IMG/VR virus record: IMGVR_UViG_3300037840_000064 | Span: 1 to 63,006 of that record | Direction: 5' to 3' (one strand) | Origin: a virus | Lineage: Duplodnaviria > Caudoviricetes | DNA: 63,006 nt | Shown: positions 48,361-58,066 of the stretch, one piece after another | Layout of the letters: every line of letters starts with the position of its first letter | Numbering within the stretch: position 1 is the first letter of the stretch | Program-made: the position numbers and the translations under genes | The notes under the pieces: generated by a model | What the model was told of the DNA's origin: nothing | The model's input: only the letters and a program-made list of their open reading frames with translations | The model's database searches: none

Positions 48361-48893
48361 CCGATCTTGTCGAACGTCTGCGCAGTCGTCCAGGGCCAGG
48401 GCTATGCCAGGACTGTTTCAGTACGGTCATGGAAGAAGCGGCCGACAAAATCGAAAAACTGGAAACCGAATGTTCCGACTTAGTTGTGGCGCTAGTCGCA
48501 ATGCTGGACCTATACGGCAAGCCTCATCGCGAGGCATGGCTGAGCCACAAGGGGTGGGAAGAAGCAATCATCATCACCGAACGGGCGCAGACTGCGCTCG
48601 CAAAAGCCAGTTTTGTGTGAAGTTGGCGGCTAACTTCTGCAATGTCGGAAACTTCAACCGAAAGGAACGCAACATGAAATTTCCCAAGACCCTGTACGTG
48701 AAGATCGAGAAGGATGACGCGGCGGATTATTTCGTGGCCGACGCGGCAGGTTATGGCCTCGCTGAGCATGGTCAGAAGATCAAGATCGCGACCTACAAGC
48801 TGGTCGAGATCAACGAGGCCGAGCTTCTGATGGACGTGCGCAAGGTGAAGTAGCCGACATACTGAGGTTTAGTCGGGACGGGACACAAGGGGC

Positions 48894-48922
48894 TTGACAT
48901 AGGATAAACGCAATCCTATATA
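48894..48922 (+). promoter_or_regulatory. Sigma70-type promoter
   Basis: TTGACA-N17-TATATA directly upstream of the 48929 ATG. Confidence 0.7.
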
Positions 48923-48928
48923 GGGATT

Positions 48929-49198
48929 ATGGCAATTCACCACGCAGACCGTGCCGCCGATAATCCCCGCCTCCAATGTGCTTGTTGCGGGAAGTGGAAG
49001 CGCCTGCATGGTCGCAACCCCGATGGTTCGATGTTTTATCGGTTCTTCGGCGGATGCGGCTACACGGGCGGCGATCACCTGTGCGCCAAGACCGCAGACA
49101 CGAATGATGTTTGCGACGACTGTTGCCAGACAGAATGCAAGCGAATTGCGGAGCAAAGAGCCAATGCCAAACGCGCCCAAGAAACAGCCCAAGCGTAG
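48929..49198 (+). CDS. Cys-rich hypothetical protein
   Basis: CACCG..CDDCC; near-leaderless start after the promoter. Confidence 0.6.
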   Translation: MAIHHADRAADNPRLQCACCGKWKRLHGRNPDGSMFYRFFGGCGYTGGDHLCAKTADTNDVCDDCCQTECKRIAEQRANAKRAQETAQA

Positions 49199-49334
49199 CG
49201 TCGAAACGCATATCTACATGACGCCGGCATTGAAGCGCCAGCTTGAACAGGCAGCGGAACGGGGATGCCGTAGCGTTAACGGGCAAATCCTGCATTACGT
49301 GCAGCGTGGCATCGAACAGGATGCGCGGCCATGA
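49164..49334 (+). CDS. Arc-family ribbon-helix-helix repressor
   Basis: IYMTPALKRQLEQAAERGCRSVNGQILHYV. Confidence 0.75.
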   Translation: MPNAPKKQPKRSVETHIYMTPALKRQLEQAAERGCRSVNGQILHYVQRGIEQDARP

Positions 49335-50287
49335 ACCTCACCCCCGACAAAATCCCAACCGACGCCCCGTCATTTCGGAAATGGGCCGATGCTGCCTGCC
49401 CGCAATGGCCCGGCGAACTGCAAGTCCTCGCCTATCGCGCTTGGCAAGGGCTGGAAGGCATGTCGTTTCGGTCGGCTGCGGATCATGAAGCGTTTATGAC
49501 CAAGTACAAGCAACACATCGGAGCAGTGTGATGGCGAGATCAAAAAAGAAGCCTGAGCTTCGCGAGTTCATGTTTACCGGCACGGTCGAGCTACGTGGTG
49601 TTGTGTTTTTTGTTAATGCCGAAGATGAGGATGAGGCCCGCGAAAAAGCCAAGGCTGGAGAATACGACGATTACGATTCGAACGGCGCCGAAACCGTCAA
49701 TTGGGAAATGAACCCTGACTCGTTGGAAGTGAACGAGTAATGTGCGCCAGCCGGGAGAACACCCATACCGTGCAGCGGATGCGGATGGAAAAGAGCAGCG
49801 AGAAGGTGGCGTGATGAATTTGGCGGACTACTCATCGGGAACAGAACCGCTGAAAATTTGCGGGGCGGACTCGGAGGTCATAAGTGAACCGCGGCAACGC
49901 GGCTATATCGGAATGCGAGGACGCTCGCGGCCCGCCAAACTTTCCATGCTTCTGCGTCGTTAGTCGGGAACTGAGCATGATCGCACTTTGGTTTTGGGAT
50001 TCAACCATCGCGCTAAATAAGCGGAGGTGGTGTTATGTCCAGTCTCCCGCGATCTATGAAATGGCGGGGTGTCCAATCTGTGGGCATCCAGCGAGGGCAT
50101 GGTCAGAGTACGAACGTCACCTATGGTGCGACGCATGTAAAATTGATTTCATTCCTGAACATGCTGGGGTTTTTGACGGGCCAATCCCTGTCGCTACCTG
50201 CGCCATGCTAGGCATACGGTTTGACCGGCTTAATCTCGAAACGAACGAGATTGAGCCATTTGTGGTGGATTTCGGAAGAGGATAGCT

Positions 50288-50638
50288 GTGGGGCAGAACA
50301 AGAAAAAGAAGGCTCAGCTTTGGAAGCTGTTTCGTCGCCAAGAGGGGCGATGCTGTTGGTGCGGTATGAAGATGCTCCCGCCCGGCAGCTATAACGGCAA
50401 AGGCAAGCCACCGCCGCTATTGTGCACCTACGATCACTTAGACTGCCGATTGAGTGAAGATCGAGGAAAGCACGCGGGAGAATATCGGAACTGCGCCGCC
50501 TGTTGGACCTGCAATAATAATCGAGCGCAGATGCAACAGGCAAACACGTCGAAACAAGTGCTGTGGGAGAAATCAGGTGCCTATCCCCGAGAATTACGAG
50601 CTTTGCGTCAAGGCGCGGACGGCGGGGACTCGCCATGA
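50288..50638 (+). CDS. HNH endonuclease
   Basis: RQEGRCCWCG..TYDHL..NCAACWTCNNNR. Confidence 0.8.
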   Translation: MGQNKKKKAQLWKLFRRQEGRCCWCGMKMLPPGSYNGKGKPPPLLCTYDHLDCRLSEDRGKHAGEYRNCAACWTCNNNRAQMQQANTSKQVLWEKSGAYPRELRALRQGADGGDSP

Positions 50639-50886
50639 CTGATCCAATAGAGGCGATTGTAGCCAATGCCCTTCGCGGCGCTGGTCTGGATTTCACTACC
50701 GGCGACGGCGGCGGCAACGCTGCCGACCTGGATTTCTATTTGACCGGCTACGACGTCCATATCGAGGTCAAGCAGTTTCATAGCCCGCGCATTGCTAAGC
50801 AAATGGCACGGGCGCCGAATGTGATCGCCATACAAGGCCGAGCGGCAGCGGAGTGGTTCGCCAGTCGGCTGCTTACACGGGGTTAA
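50635..50886 (+). CDS. Small PD-(D/E)XK-like protein
   Basis: LDFYL..HIEVKQF. Confidence 0.55.
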   Translation: MTDPIEAIVANALRGAGLDFTTGDGGGNAADLDFYLTGYDVHIEVKQFHSPRIAKQMARAPNVIAIQGRAAAEWFASRLLTRG

Positions 50887-51287
50887 CATGGAACCAAAAA
50901 GCAACATGGTCATACACGCTGGCGTCGCCACCAACCTCTATCCGCAAGGCCCGACATTCCATTGGCGCGACGGATGGATGTTTGCCCGCGGTGAGGGAAT
51001 GAATGTCCACGTCTGGAAAAATTCTCAGAAAGGTCCCCCTGATGTCAGCCTGTGTATCCCGCGTGGCGAATGGGATTCGATAGTGGGGTTTCTCTCTTAC
51101 CCGGAAAGTCCCCGCACCTCCAAAGCCACGAGACCGCGACGCAACTTCTTTTGGCAATGGCCGCGCGATGGAATGGTTTGGTTTGGGAATTATATACTTC
51201 ATGCTTTTCGGGTTGACACATACAGGCACTTGTGCTAGTGCCATGGGCATATCCGGGCAATCCTGCCCGGCTCCTATGGAGGGTTAG

Positions 51288-51677
51288 ATGAGTGACAGCT
51301 ATCAGGCGATTTATGATGCAGTGCGAAGCCGGATCAGCGGCGGCAACATCAGCGAGGCCGTTAGCGACGCGCTCCGCAGCGGCTTCGACTTTTCGCACGC
51401 GCGGGCCATGCTGCAAGAGCAAATCGGGGCCGTTGGCTACGAAATGGCCCGGCCATCGGCGATTTTTCGGCCGGTTTTGAGTGAAGATGGCGATCATTGG
51501 TGCGCGCTCTACGGCGCGGATATTGCATCGGGCTTGGCCGCCTACGGCAAGACGCCAGAGGCCGCAATGACGGCCTTTGACAAGGCTTGGTATTCCCAAA
51601 AGACCGGCGCAGCCATGAAGGCCGAAGAAATAGCCGAAGAACGAGCGGCCAACGGACAATTCGGGGTAGGAGCCTAG
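51288..51677 (+). CDS. IS passenger gene 1, HicB-like C-terminal pattern
   Basis: EDGDHWCALYG..GLAAYGKTPEAAM; GGAGG RBS. Confidence 0.7.
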   Translation: MSDSYQAIYDAVRSRISGGNISEAVSDALRSGFDFSHARAMLQEQIGAVGYEMARPSAIFRPVLSEDGDHWCALYGADIASGLAAYGKTPEAAMTAFDKAWYSQKTGAAMKAEEIAEERAANGQFGVGA

Positions 51678-51680
51678 GTC

Positions 51681-51989
51681 ATGGCAATCGAATTGGAGGA
51701 CGGAAAGATCGTCAAGTTGCCGCCGTTGACGATCTACCAGCACGAAGTCAACCTGGAATGTTTCCTTGGCGAAGCCGAGCACTTCGAACTGACTGATGAC
51801 AGCACAGTCGATACGACGGAAGCGTTCGCGGCCTTCGAAGCCATGAAGGCTAAGATTGCCAGTCAACGTCAAGCACTTGAAGCCGCATATCGCTTTCTGC
51901 GCAGGATCGAAGGCGATGGCTACGGCGGTATGGCGGATTTCGAGACTACCCGCCAGCTTTGCCGCGATCACGTCAGCGATAGCGATTGA
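51681..51989 (+). CDS. IS passenger gene 2, hypothetical
   Basis: 102-aa ORF with AGGAG RBS. Confidence 0.65.
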   Translation: MAIELEDGKIVKLPPLTIYQHEVNLECFLGEAEHFELTDDSTVDTTEAFAAFEAMKAKIASQRQALEAAYRFLRRIEGDGYGGMADFETTRQLCRDHVSDSD

Positions 51990-52001
51990 GGGGAAACGAT
52001 C

Positions 52002-53048
52002 ATGCCTCCCCACGCCGACGTGCTGCAATGGGAACACCTGCCGTTCCCCAAATCGCTCCGGGACTTTCAGCGGCTGTTCCCGGACGACGCGGCCTGCGCT
52101 CGCTATCTTGAGGGCGCCAAGTGGCCGAAAGGCCTTGAATGCCCGCATTGCCATGAACGCGGCGAGCCGTTCCGCATGGCGACGCGGACCAGCGTCCTGA
52201 CCTGCCGCAAGTGCCGCAAGCAAACGTCGCTGACAACCGGGACCGTGATGGCCCGGACTCACTCGCCCCTGACGACGTGGTTTTGGGGTGCCTATCTGGT
52301 CGCTACGGTTACCCCCGGCATTTCGACGGTCCAATTCGAGCGCCAGCTTGGCTTGACCCGCGAGACGGCGTTCCAAATCCTGCACAAGCTGAGGGCCGGC
52401 ATGGTGCGCCAGAACCGCGACAGGATAGGTGGCAATCTGGCGCGCGGGGATCATGTCGAAATCGACGAAACGTACATAGGCGGCAAGGTGCGGGGCGAAG
52501 GCAGCGGTCCTAAGCCCGATCATACCGTCCTGGTCTGTGCCGCCGTCGAAGTCCGCACGCGGCCAGCAAAGAAAGGCGACAAGCCCATGCGGCGCGGCGG
52601 GCGCTATGCCGGGCGCCTGCGCCTCGAAATCGTCGAAGGCCGAAGCGAGAAAGACCTGTGCGGCTTTGTCGAGCAGGCCGTAGAGCCGGGCGCCATCGTG
52701 ATTACGGACGCCTACCGGAGCTACAATTCGCTTGGCAAGCGCGGCTACCAGCATTTGCCGGTGATCGAAGGCGGCAAGCCGGAAGTGGCAGAGGAATATC
52801 TGCCAATCGTCCACTTGGTTTTCAGCAACCTCAAAAGCTGGTTGCAGGGCACGCACCACGGCCGGGTCAGCCCCAAGCATTTGCAGGCTTACCTCAATGA
52901 GTTCGTGTTCCGCTTTAACCGACGCTTCTACCCGTTCAATTCGTTCCGCAGCTTGCTCGGCATCGGCGCCAATGGCGAAGCGCCAACCTATGACGGGCTG
53001 TACGACGGAACTTGGAAGCATCCGACAATGGCTAGTCATCATGCCTGA
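52002..53048 (+). CDS. tnp: IS1595-family (ISXO2-like) DDE transposase
   Basis: Zn ribbon CPHC..CRKC, VEIDETYIGG, VITD, KHLQAYLNEFVFRFNRR. Confidence 0.95.
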   Translation: MPPHADVLQWEHLPFPKSLRDFQRLFPDDAACARYLEGAKWPKGLECPHCHERGEPFRMATRTSVLTCRKCRKQTSLTTGTVMARTHSPLTTWFWGAYLVATVTPGISTVQFERQLGLTRETAFQILHKLRAGMVRQNRDRIGGNLARGDHVEIDETYIGGKVRGEGSGPKPDHTVLVCAAVEVRTRPAKKGDKPMRRGGRYAGRLRLEIVEGRSEKDLCGFVEQAVEPGAIVITDAYRSYNSLGKRGYQHLPVIEGGKPEVAEEYLPIVHLVFSNLKSWLQGTHHGRVSPKHLQAYLNEFVFRFNRRFYPFNSFRSLLGIGANGEAPTYDGLYDGTWKHPTMASHHA

Positions 53049-53123
53049 CCATCAACCCGTGGGGCCTGTATGTGTAAAGCCGAAAAGCATGATATACTTA
53101 ACTCCCGGACCCCCTAGATGTAG

Positions 53124-53837
53124 ATGACCGCATATTACAACGAAAACGACCCCTACGCCGCGCAATGGCTGCGCAATCTCATCGCGGCCGGGCACATCGC
53201 GCCCGGCGACGTTGATGCACGCTCGATTGTGGATGTAAAGGCCGATGACCTTGAAGGATACGAGCAAGCGCATTTCTTCGCCGGTATCGGCGGATGGTCC
53301 CATGCCCTCAGACTTGCGGGCTGGCCCGACGATCGATCTGTCTGGACCGGCTCCTGCCCGTGTCAGCCGCTTTCGTGCGCGGGACAGCGAAAAGGCCATG
53401 CCGACGAACGACACCTCTGGCCCGCTTTTCACGACATCATCGCCAAGTGCGGACCTGCAATCGTGTTTGGAGAACAAGTTGCGGGCGCGGATGGGCGGGA
53501 ATGGTTCGCCGGGGTACGCGCTGACTTGGAAGCATTGGGATATGCCTGCGGGGCCGCCGATTTGTGCGCTGCGGGCGTCGGCGCGGACCATATCCGACAG
53601 CGAATTTATTGGCTGGCCCACGCCTACGGCCCCCGTCCGAACGAACGGCCATCAGGCCGGAAACAATCGCTACGTGACATGGGTGCAAAGGACTTTTGGC
53701 GGGAAAATAAACCCGGCCCGAACCCTGTGGCAGATGGGGTTTCCTGCCGCATGGATAGGGTGCGCGGCGGCGGACAGGCCATCGTCCCGCAAGTCGCATC
53801 GGAGTTCATAGGTGCCTTCATGGAGTGCCAGCCATGA
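53124..53837 (+). CDS. C5 cytosine DNA methyltransferase, large (alpha) subunit
   Basis: FFAGIGG (motif I), SCPCQP (motif IV), GEQV (motif VI variant), HIRQR (motif VIII), GQAIVPQVA (motif X). Confidence 0.88.
   Translation: MTAYYNENDPYAAQWLRNLIAAGHIAPGDVDARSIVDVKADDLEGYEQAHFFAGIGGWSHALRLAGWPDDRSVWTGSCPCQPLSCAGQRKGHADERHLWPAFHDIIAKCGPAIVFGEQVAGADGREWFAGVRADLEALGYACGAADLCAAGVGADHIRQRIYWLAHAYGPRPNERPSGRKQSLRDMGAKDFWRENKPGPNPVADGVSCRMDRVRGGGQAIVPQVASEFIGAFMECQP
53245..53811 (+). CDS. Nested alternative-frame methyltransferase small (beta) subunit
   Basis: GWPTP and KINPARTLWQMGFPAAW (motif IX-like); true start uncertain. Confidence 0.7.
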   Translation: MTLKDTSKRISSPVSADGPMPSDLRAGPTIDLSGPAPARVSRFRARDSEKAMPTNDTSGPLFTTSSPSADLQSCLENKLRARMGGNGSPGYALTWKHWDMPAGPPICALRASARTISDSEFIGWPTPTAPVRTNGHQAGNNRYVTWVQRTFGGKINPARTLWQMGFPAAWIGCAAADRPSSRKSHRSS

Positions 53838-53941
53838 CCCGTATCGACGGGCTGAATGATCGCGAAAGCAAGTTCAAGCTATTTCCCGGCGCCATGATTG
53901 CGAGCCTCGACATAACGAACAGGCACTAACCGCCGAACAGC

Positions 53942-55577
53942 ATGGAGCTTTTAATGCGTGTCGTTCGACCAATCCAATTCGACAGCACAAGAAAGCGCCG
54001 TCGAAATGAGAAGGCCGCAGCAGCTCGCAAGAAAAGAGAGGCGCGCAAGTTTTACCTGGAACGAGCGATCTGCCGAATGACATGCTTCATAGAGCCGGAA
54101 TGCCAATGGCTCGAAGGCGACGCCGCCAACGACAATCAGTGAGGCCCCGATGGTTCTCTTAGAGTGCAGCCCGCCGTTTCAATGGAAGCCGTCGCTACGA
54201 ACCGACATCGGCGACGGCTGGCGGTTCATGTGGGGATGGTTCGCTGTCGCCTATGTGCCGTATGGGTTTGGTGAATACATCGAAGGCTTGGCCCAAGCGG
54301 GAATTGAACTTTACGACAAAGGCGAAATTGAAATCAGGCGTTAACCCGTCCAAAGCATGGAGGTTCAAAGTGGAACTGACTTATCCTTCCGACATTGAAG
54401 CGGTCGCCAAAATTCCAGATGAACGCAAGGAAGCGTTTGAAAAATGGATGGCCGCGCTCGACGCCGAATACGTCAAGGCTGGATCGCCCTACGGTACAGG
54501 TCCGCTGGCAACGGTGACTGGCGTGGAGTGTTGGCTATCCTACTTCGATGACGAATACGATCCGGCCGATGCAATGGCCGACGACCTGTCCAGCGCCGAC
54601 TAAACCCCCATGAGCGCCTGTCCACACAGTTTTGATGATCGAGAGAGTTCTGTGTACACGGAAGGACTTTGCCCTCTGTGCTTATGCGCCAAGTTGGAAC
54701 GCTATCGGATAGCTTTCTCTTGGATGGAAGATCAGGACCCACAGCTTGTCGAAGCTGCCCGCGAAAAATTTGGATGTTGACGATGACAAAGCAGGAACCT
54801 CCAACCGAACTTACACTTTGGCTCACCGAGGCCATTGATAGATGGCGCAAGGTTGACCCAGATGTGAAGGTATCGGAGATTTTGGAGTCGCTTGAAGATA
54901 TTCGCTACACTCTGACGGAATCACTTACGCGGCATACGCCGAGATAACCGGGAACAACAAATGCTGAAATGGTGGTTTCTGATCTTCCTTCGTGGCATCG
55001 CCATGGGCGGCCCATACGATAATCAGCAGGAATGCCTTGATGCACTCAAGAAGGAAATGGTGCTGCCATTTGTTGATCCCGGCTTCGATAACGCCAAGCC
55101 CCACGGGCTTTGCTTCCAAGCTGCACAGCCGACTCATCCCTGAACAGCGGGCAGAATCATGAGCGAAGGCAAGCTATTGGAATCGGACGAGAGGCGCCTT
55201 GAACAGCTTCACACAAAGCTGCTCGACTACCTCGTGCGCCAGCAGATGGACGGGAAGCGCGGCATTCGCGGTCCCGGCATCGAGTTTTCAGATACCGAAC
55301 TACACGCGCTGCTACGATTGACCAGAGTGCGTGCCGCTAATGAGCAGACAGCAGGGGGAAAATCGTGAGCGAACTTGACGACACGATCAAACACTTGGAT
55401 AGGGCTTTAGAGCTTACCAAAGAAATTGATGAGCTAAACGACCGCTGCATCAAACAGGCTAGGCTTCGAGGTCTGGTCTTGGGATTTGGTACAGGCTTCG
55501 TTCTTGGCCCGATATATTTCTGGTACGTCTATCCGTTCCTATACCATATCCCAACATGGCTCGCAGGCGGCCGCTGA
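53942..55577 (+). other. Run of small early hypothetical genes
   Basis: Co-oriented short ORFs; 54961-55143 has a hydrophobic leader and two Cys. Confidence 0.55.
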
Positions 55578-55600
55578 TAAGCGAATAGCCGGAAACCGAT

Positions 55601-56056
55601 ATGCGCCAGACCATCGAAGATTTTGTCCGCGAATCGAACCGGATCGAAGGCATCACGCGCGACCCAACGCAGGATGAAATCGACGCAGCCAATCGATTCA
55701 TGATCCTATTCCAAGTCAGTCGCCATACGATCGGGCTCTATCAATCTGTGATCGCGCCGGACAAGCCACTCCGGGCCGAGAAGGGGTTTGATGTTCGCGT
55801 GGGCAACCACATTGCGCCGGCCGGCGGCCCGCAAATTGTGAAGGCCCTGGAAGCCATTCTAAAGCGCGCCAATAAGGGCGCCGAGCCGTGGCTAATCCAC
55901 ACCGAGTTTGAGAGGGTGCATCCCTACATGGACGGCAACGGCCGCACGGGGCGGATGCTGTGGGCTTGGCAGATGCGCGGGCTGGGGCGCGATCCTTTCG
56001 CGCTGCCCTTCCTGCATCGGTTCTATTATCAGACGCTCGATCACATCGGGCGCTAA
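55601..56056 (+). CDS. Fic domain protein
   Basis: HPYMDGNGRTGR canonical Fic motif; ESNRIEG. Confidence 0.92.
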   Translation: MRQTIEDFVRESNRIEGITRDPTQDEIDAANRFMILFQVSRHTIGLYQSVIAPDKPLRAEKGFDVRVGNHIAPAGGPQIVKALEAILKRANKGAEPWLIHTEFERVHPYMDGNGRTGRMLWAWQMRGLGRDPFALPFLHRFYYQTLDHIGR

Positions 56057-56335
56057 TGGCCAACAAGCAGGGGAATGAAAATGCTGCTTGAAACAATCTT
56101 CTTAGCTCAGGTGTTTGGTTGCATGGCGCCGGGCAATCCCGATCACTGCTACATTTCAGGCCATCAGAATCCGCCGACTCTTGTTGGCGATGGCACAGCT
56201 ACGACAACCTCGGCGCCCCTACCAACGTGCCCGGACGGATATACGCTGATGTCAGATTTGACGATGCACCCTAAGTGCGCCAAGGACATCATCGAGCCGT
56301 CGTACAAATAGGCACATACAAGAGATTGACCGAAG

Positions 56336-56385
56336 CATGCTTATCCGGTTTAGACACACATGCTTATCCGGGTTAGACACACAGG
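56336..56385 (+). repeat. Tandem pair of IS1595-like terminal repeats
   Basis: CATGCTTATCCGG(T/G)TTAGACACA twice (23-bp period); similar to the TIR at 51200. Confidence 0.65.
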
Positions 56386-56394
56386 AGCTACATC

Positions 56395-56733
56395 ATGACT
56401 GAGGCAACCGATCGCGATGGGGCTATCGAAATGGCTAGCGCGTTGACGATCAAAGTCGATCAGATTTACGAGCGCAACGACAGCTTGGAAGCGGAGAACG
56501 ACTCGCTCAAAACCGCATTCCAGGCAGTGTCGCAAGAGAATGAACATTTGCGCAAATACGCCGAAAAGCTGGTACGGCAACGCGACGCGGCCATGCGCAA
56601 GGTCGATCTGTACGAGTCCAAGATGAAGGTGATCTTTGCGGAAGCACAAGAGACGTTGCGCGCGACGCATCCGCCCAAACAGGACGCGGCTGTCGTTAAG
56701 TTTGCGCCGGCCAATGTTAGAAACGAAAGTTAA
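56395..56733 (+). CDS. Coiled-coil hypothetical protein
   Basis: Heptad pattern; AGGAG RBS at the end of the repeat. Confidence 0.65.
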   Translation: MTEATDRDGAIEMASALTIKVDQIYERNDSLEAENDSLKTAFQAVSQENEHLRKYAEKLVRQRDAAMRKVDLYESKMKVIFAEAQETLRATHPPKQDAAVVKFAPANVRNES

Positions 56734-57867
56734 CACGGGGTTAATGCCCATGAGCGATCCGGGAGACGAATTGTGGGACTTGGACGACTATCCAACGGAG
56801 GATTTTATGGCGGGTGGTAAAAAAGAGACTGACCCCGAAGTGCTCGCAAAGCACTGTGAACTATTTGCTCAAGGAGCGAAGCGAAAATACGACGCCGAAG
56901 CAGGTGGTGATATGTGGCTCTTTGAATTGTTCCACCATATGAACGATTGTGCAGAGGCATTGCGCAAACAGGCGCAGTTAGGACGGGAATGAAATGGGCA
57001 TTCTGACAATCACGCAAGACCTCACAAAGGCAACAAGCCGGCGCGAAGATGATGCCGCGAGTAAACTGCTCGCCGCCGCTCTGCAAAACGATGCCGAAAC
57101 TGTTGGGCATATGCTGACCAACAACCGCACAGTCATGGCGTTGGTTGATCGTGGCGTCCTGAAACTCTCTGGTATGAAAACCTAAAGGACGTATGTCACC
57201 ATGAGTAAGCAAGGAAAGATTCAAGGGCCAATGTCTGCCGATGATGCCCCGATCGTTTTAAAATGTTGGGGATGTTCCGGTGAAGGAGGCGGTCGCGTTG
57301 GAATAGTCGGCTGCAATAAATGCGCCGGAACGGGCGCTATCTTTTGGGTCGGGGGTCGCACCTTCTCCTATACGCCGGAAGGTGAAAAACGAGCGAAAAA
57401 AATTCTTAAAGTTTACGACTAACAGGACGCTAGTCGTCTTTCTTGATACCGATATCCCACACCCTGACCAGCACCGGCCCGGCATTAGGTAGCAAACTCA
57501 CCTGGTGCTGGGGGCTGGAAAGCCTTCAAAATCGGGCAAGTTTACTGACCTGGTGCCGAGGAGTTCTCGGCATGGTAGAATTTCGGACAATATGTCACCG
57601 GATAAGCCGCGCCTCGGTACGAGCGAGACAATCGCTTTTATCGCCCTCATTCTTGCGCTGCTTGGGATAGCGCCCGCGCGCCATCCGGGAGCGTCACCTG
57701 GATTTTGCGAGTATCCGGCTTAGAAGGCTTTTTTGGCACGCTCGGCTACAAGGTTCTTGGGGGTATCTCCTAGGATGCTCCAAAGAACCTTGAAGGGCGA
57801 GTCCTTCTGTGAGACTATTATGAGACTATAAGCGCGATTGATTCGCAGCCCTGAATGGGCTGCAATG

Positions 57868-57898
57868 AAAAAGGCCCCGTCCCGCGAGGGAAAGGGCC
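57868..57898 (-). terminator. Rho-independent terminator after the tRNA pair
   Basis: GGCCCTTTCCC-TCGC-GGGACGGGGCC-TTTTT on the minus strand. Confidence 0.75.
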
Positions 57899-57909
57899 AG
57901 TCTTGAAGG

Positions 57910-57983
57910 CGCGGACGGCAGGACTCGGACCTACGACCTCTGGCTTAGCAAGCCAGCGCTCTCTCCAACTGAGCTACGCCCGC
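57910..57983 (-). tRNA. Atypical tRNA, anticodon GCT (Ser) on a short-variable-loop Gly-like body
   Basis: GCGGGCG/CGTCCGC acceptor, GCTC/GAGC D stem, CTGGC-TTGCTAA-GCCAG, T loop TCCGAGT; no encoded CCA. Confidence 0.75.
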
Positions 57984-57989
57984 AAACGG

Positions 57990-58066
57990 TGGATACCGGA
58001 GTCCCGAGTTGAACGGGGGTCACGCAGTTAACAGCCACGCGCTCTACCGTTGAGCTATCTCCGGCA
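57990..58066 (-). tRNA. Atypical tRNA, anticodon GTT (Asn)
   Basis: GCTC-AACGGTA-GAGC, CGTGG-CTGTTAA-CTGCG, CCCG-TTCAACT-CGGG, encoded CCA; extended acceptor stem. Confidence 0.75.

Larger units (their letters stand above)
51200..53091 (+). mobile_element. IS1595-family element with two passenger genes
   Basis: 28-bp TIRs (26/28 match) at 51200-51227 and 53064-53091; 8-bp target duplication ATATACTT at 51192-51199 and 53092-53099. Confidence 0.9.

Noticed and set aside
51045-53042. 665-aa antisense ORF across the IS1595 element
   Set aside because: Shadow frame of GC-rich sense genes; no recognisable motifs, and it spans three sense ORFs
51185-53106. Reading the IS ends as 43-bp TIRs
   Set aside because: The outer 15 bp are better explained as an 8-bp target duplication within a palindromic target; the true ends are 51200 and 53091
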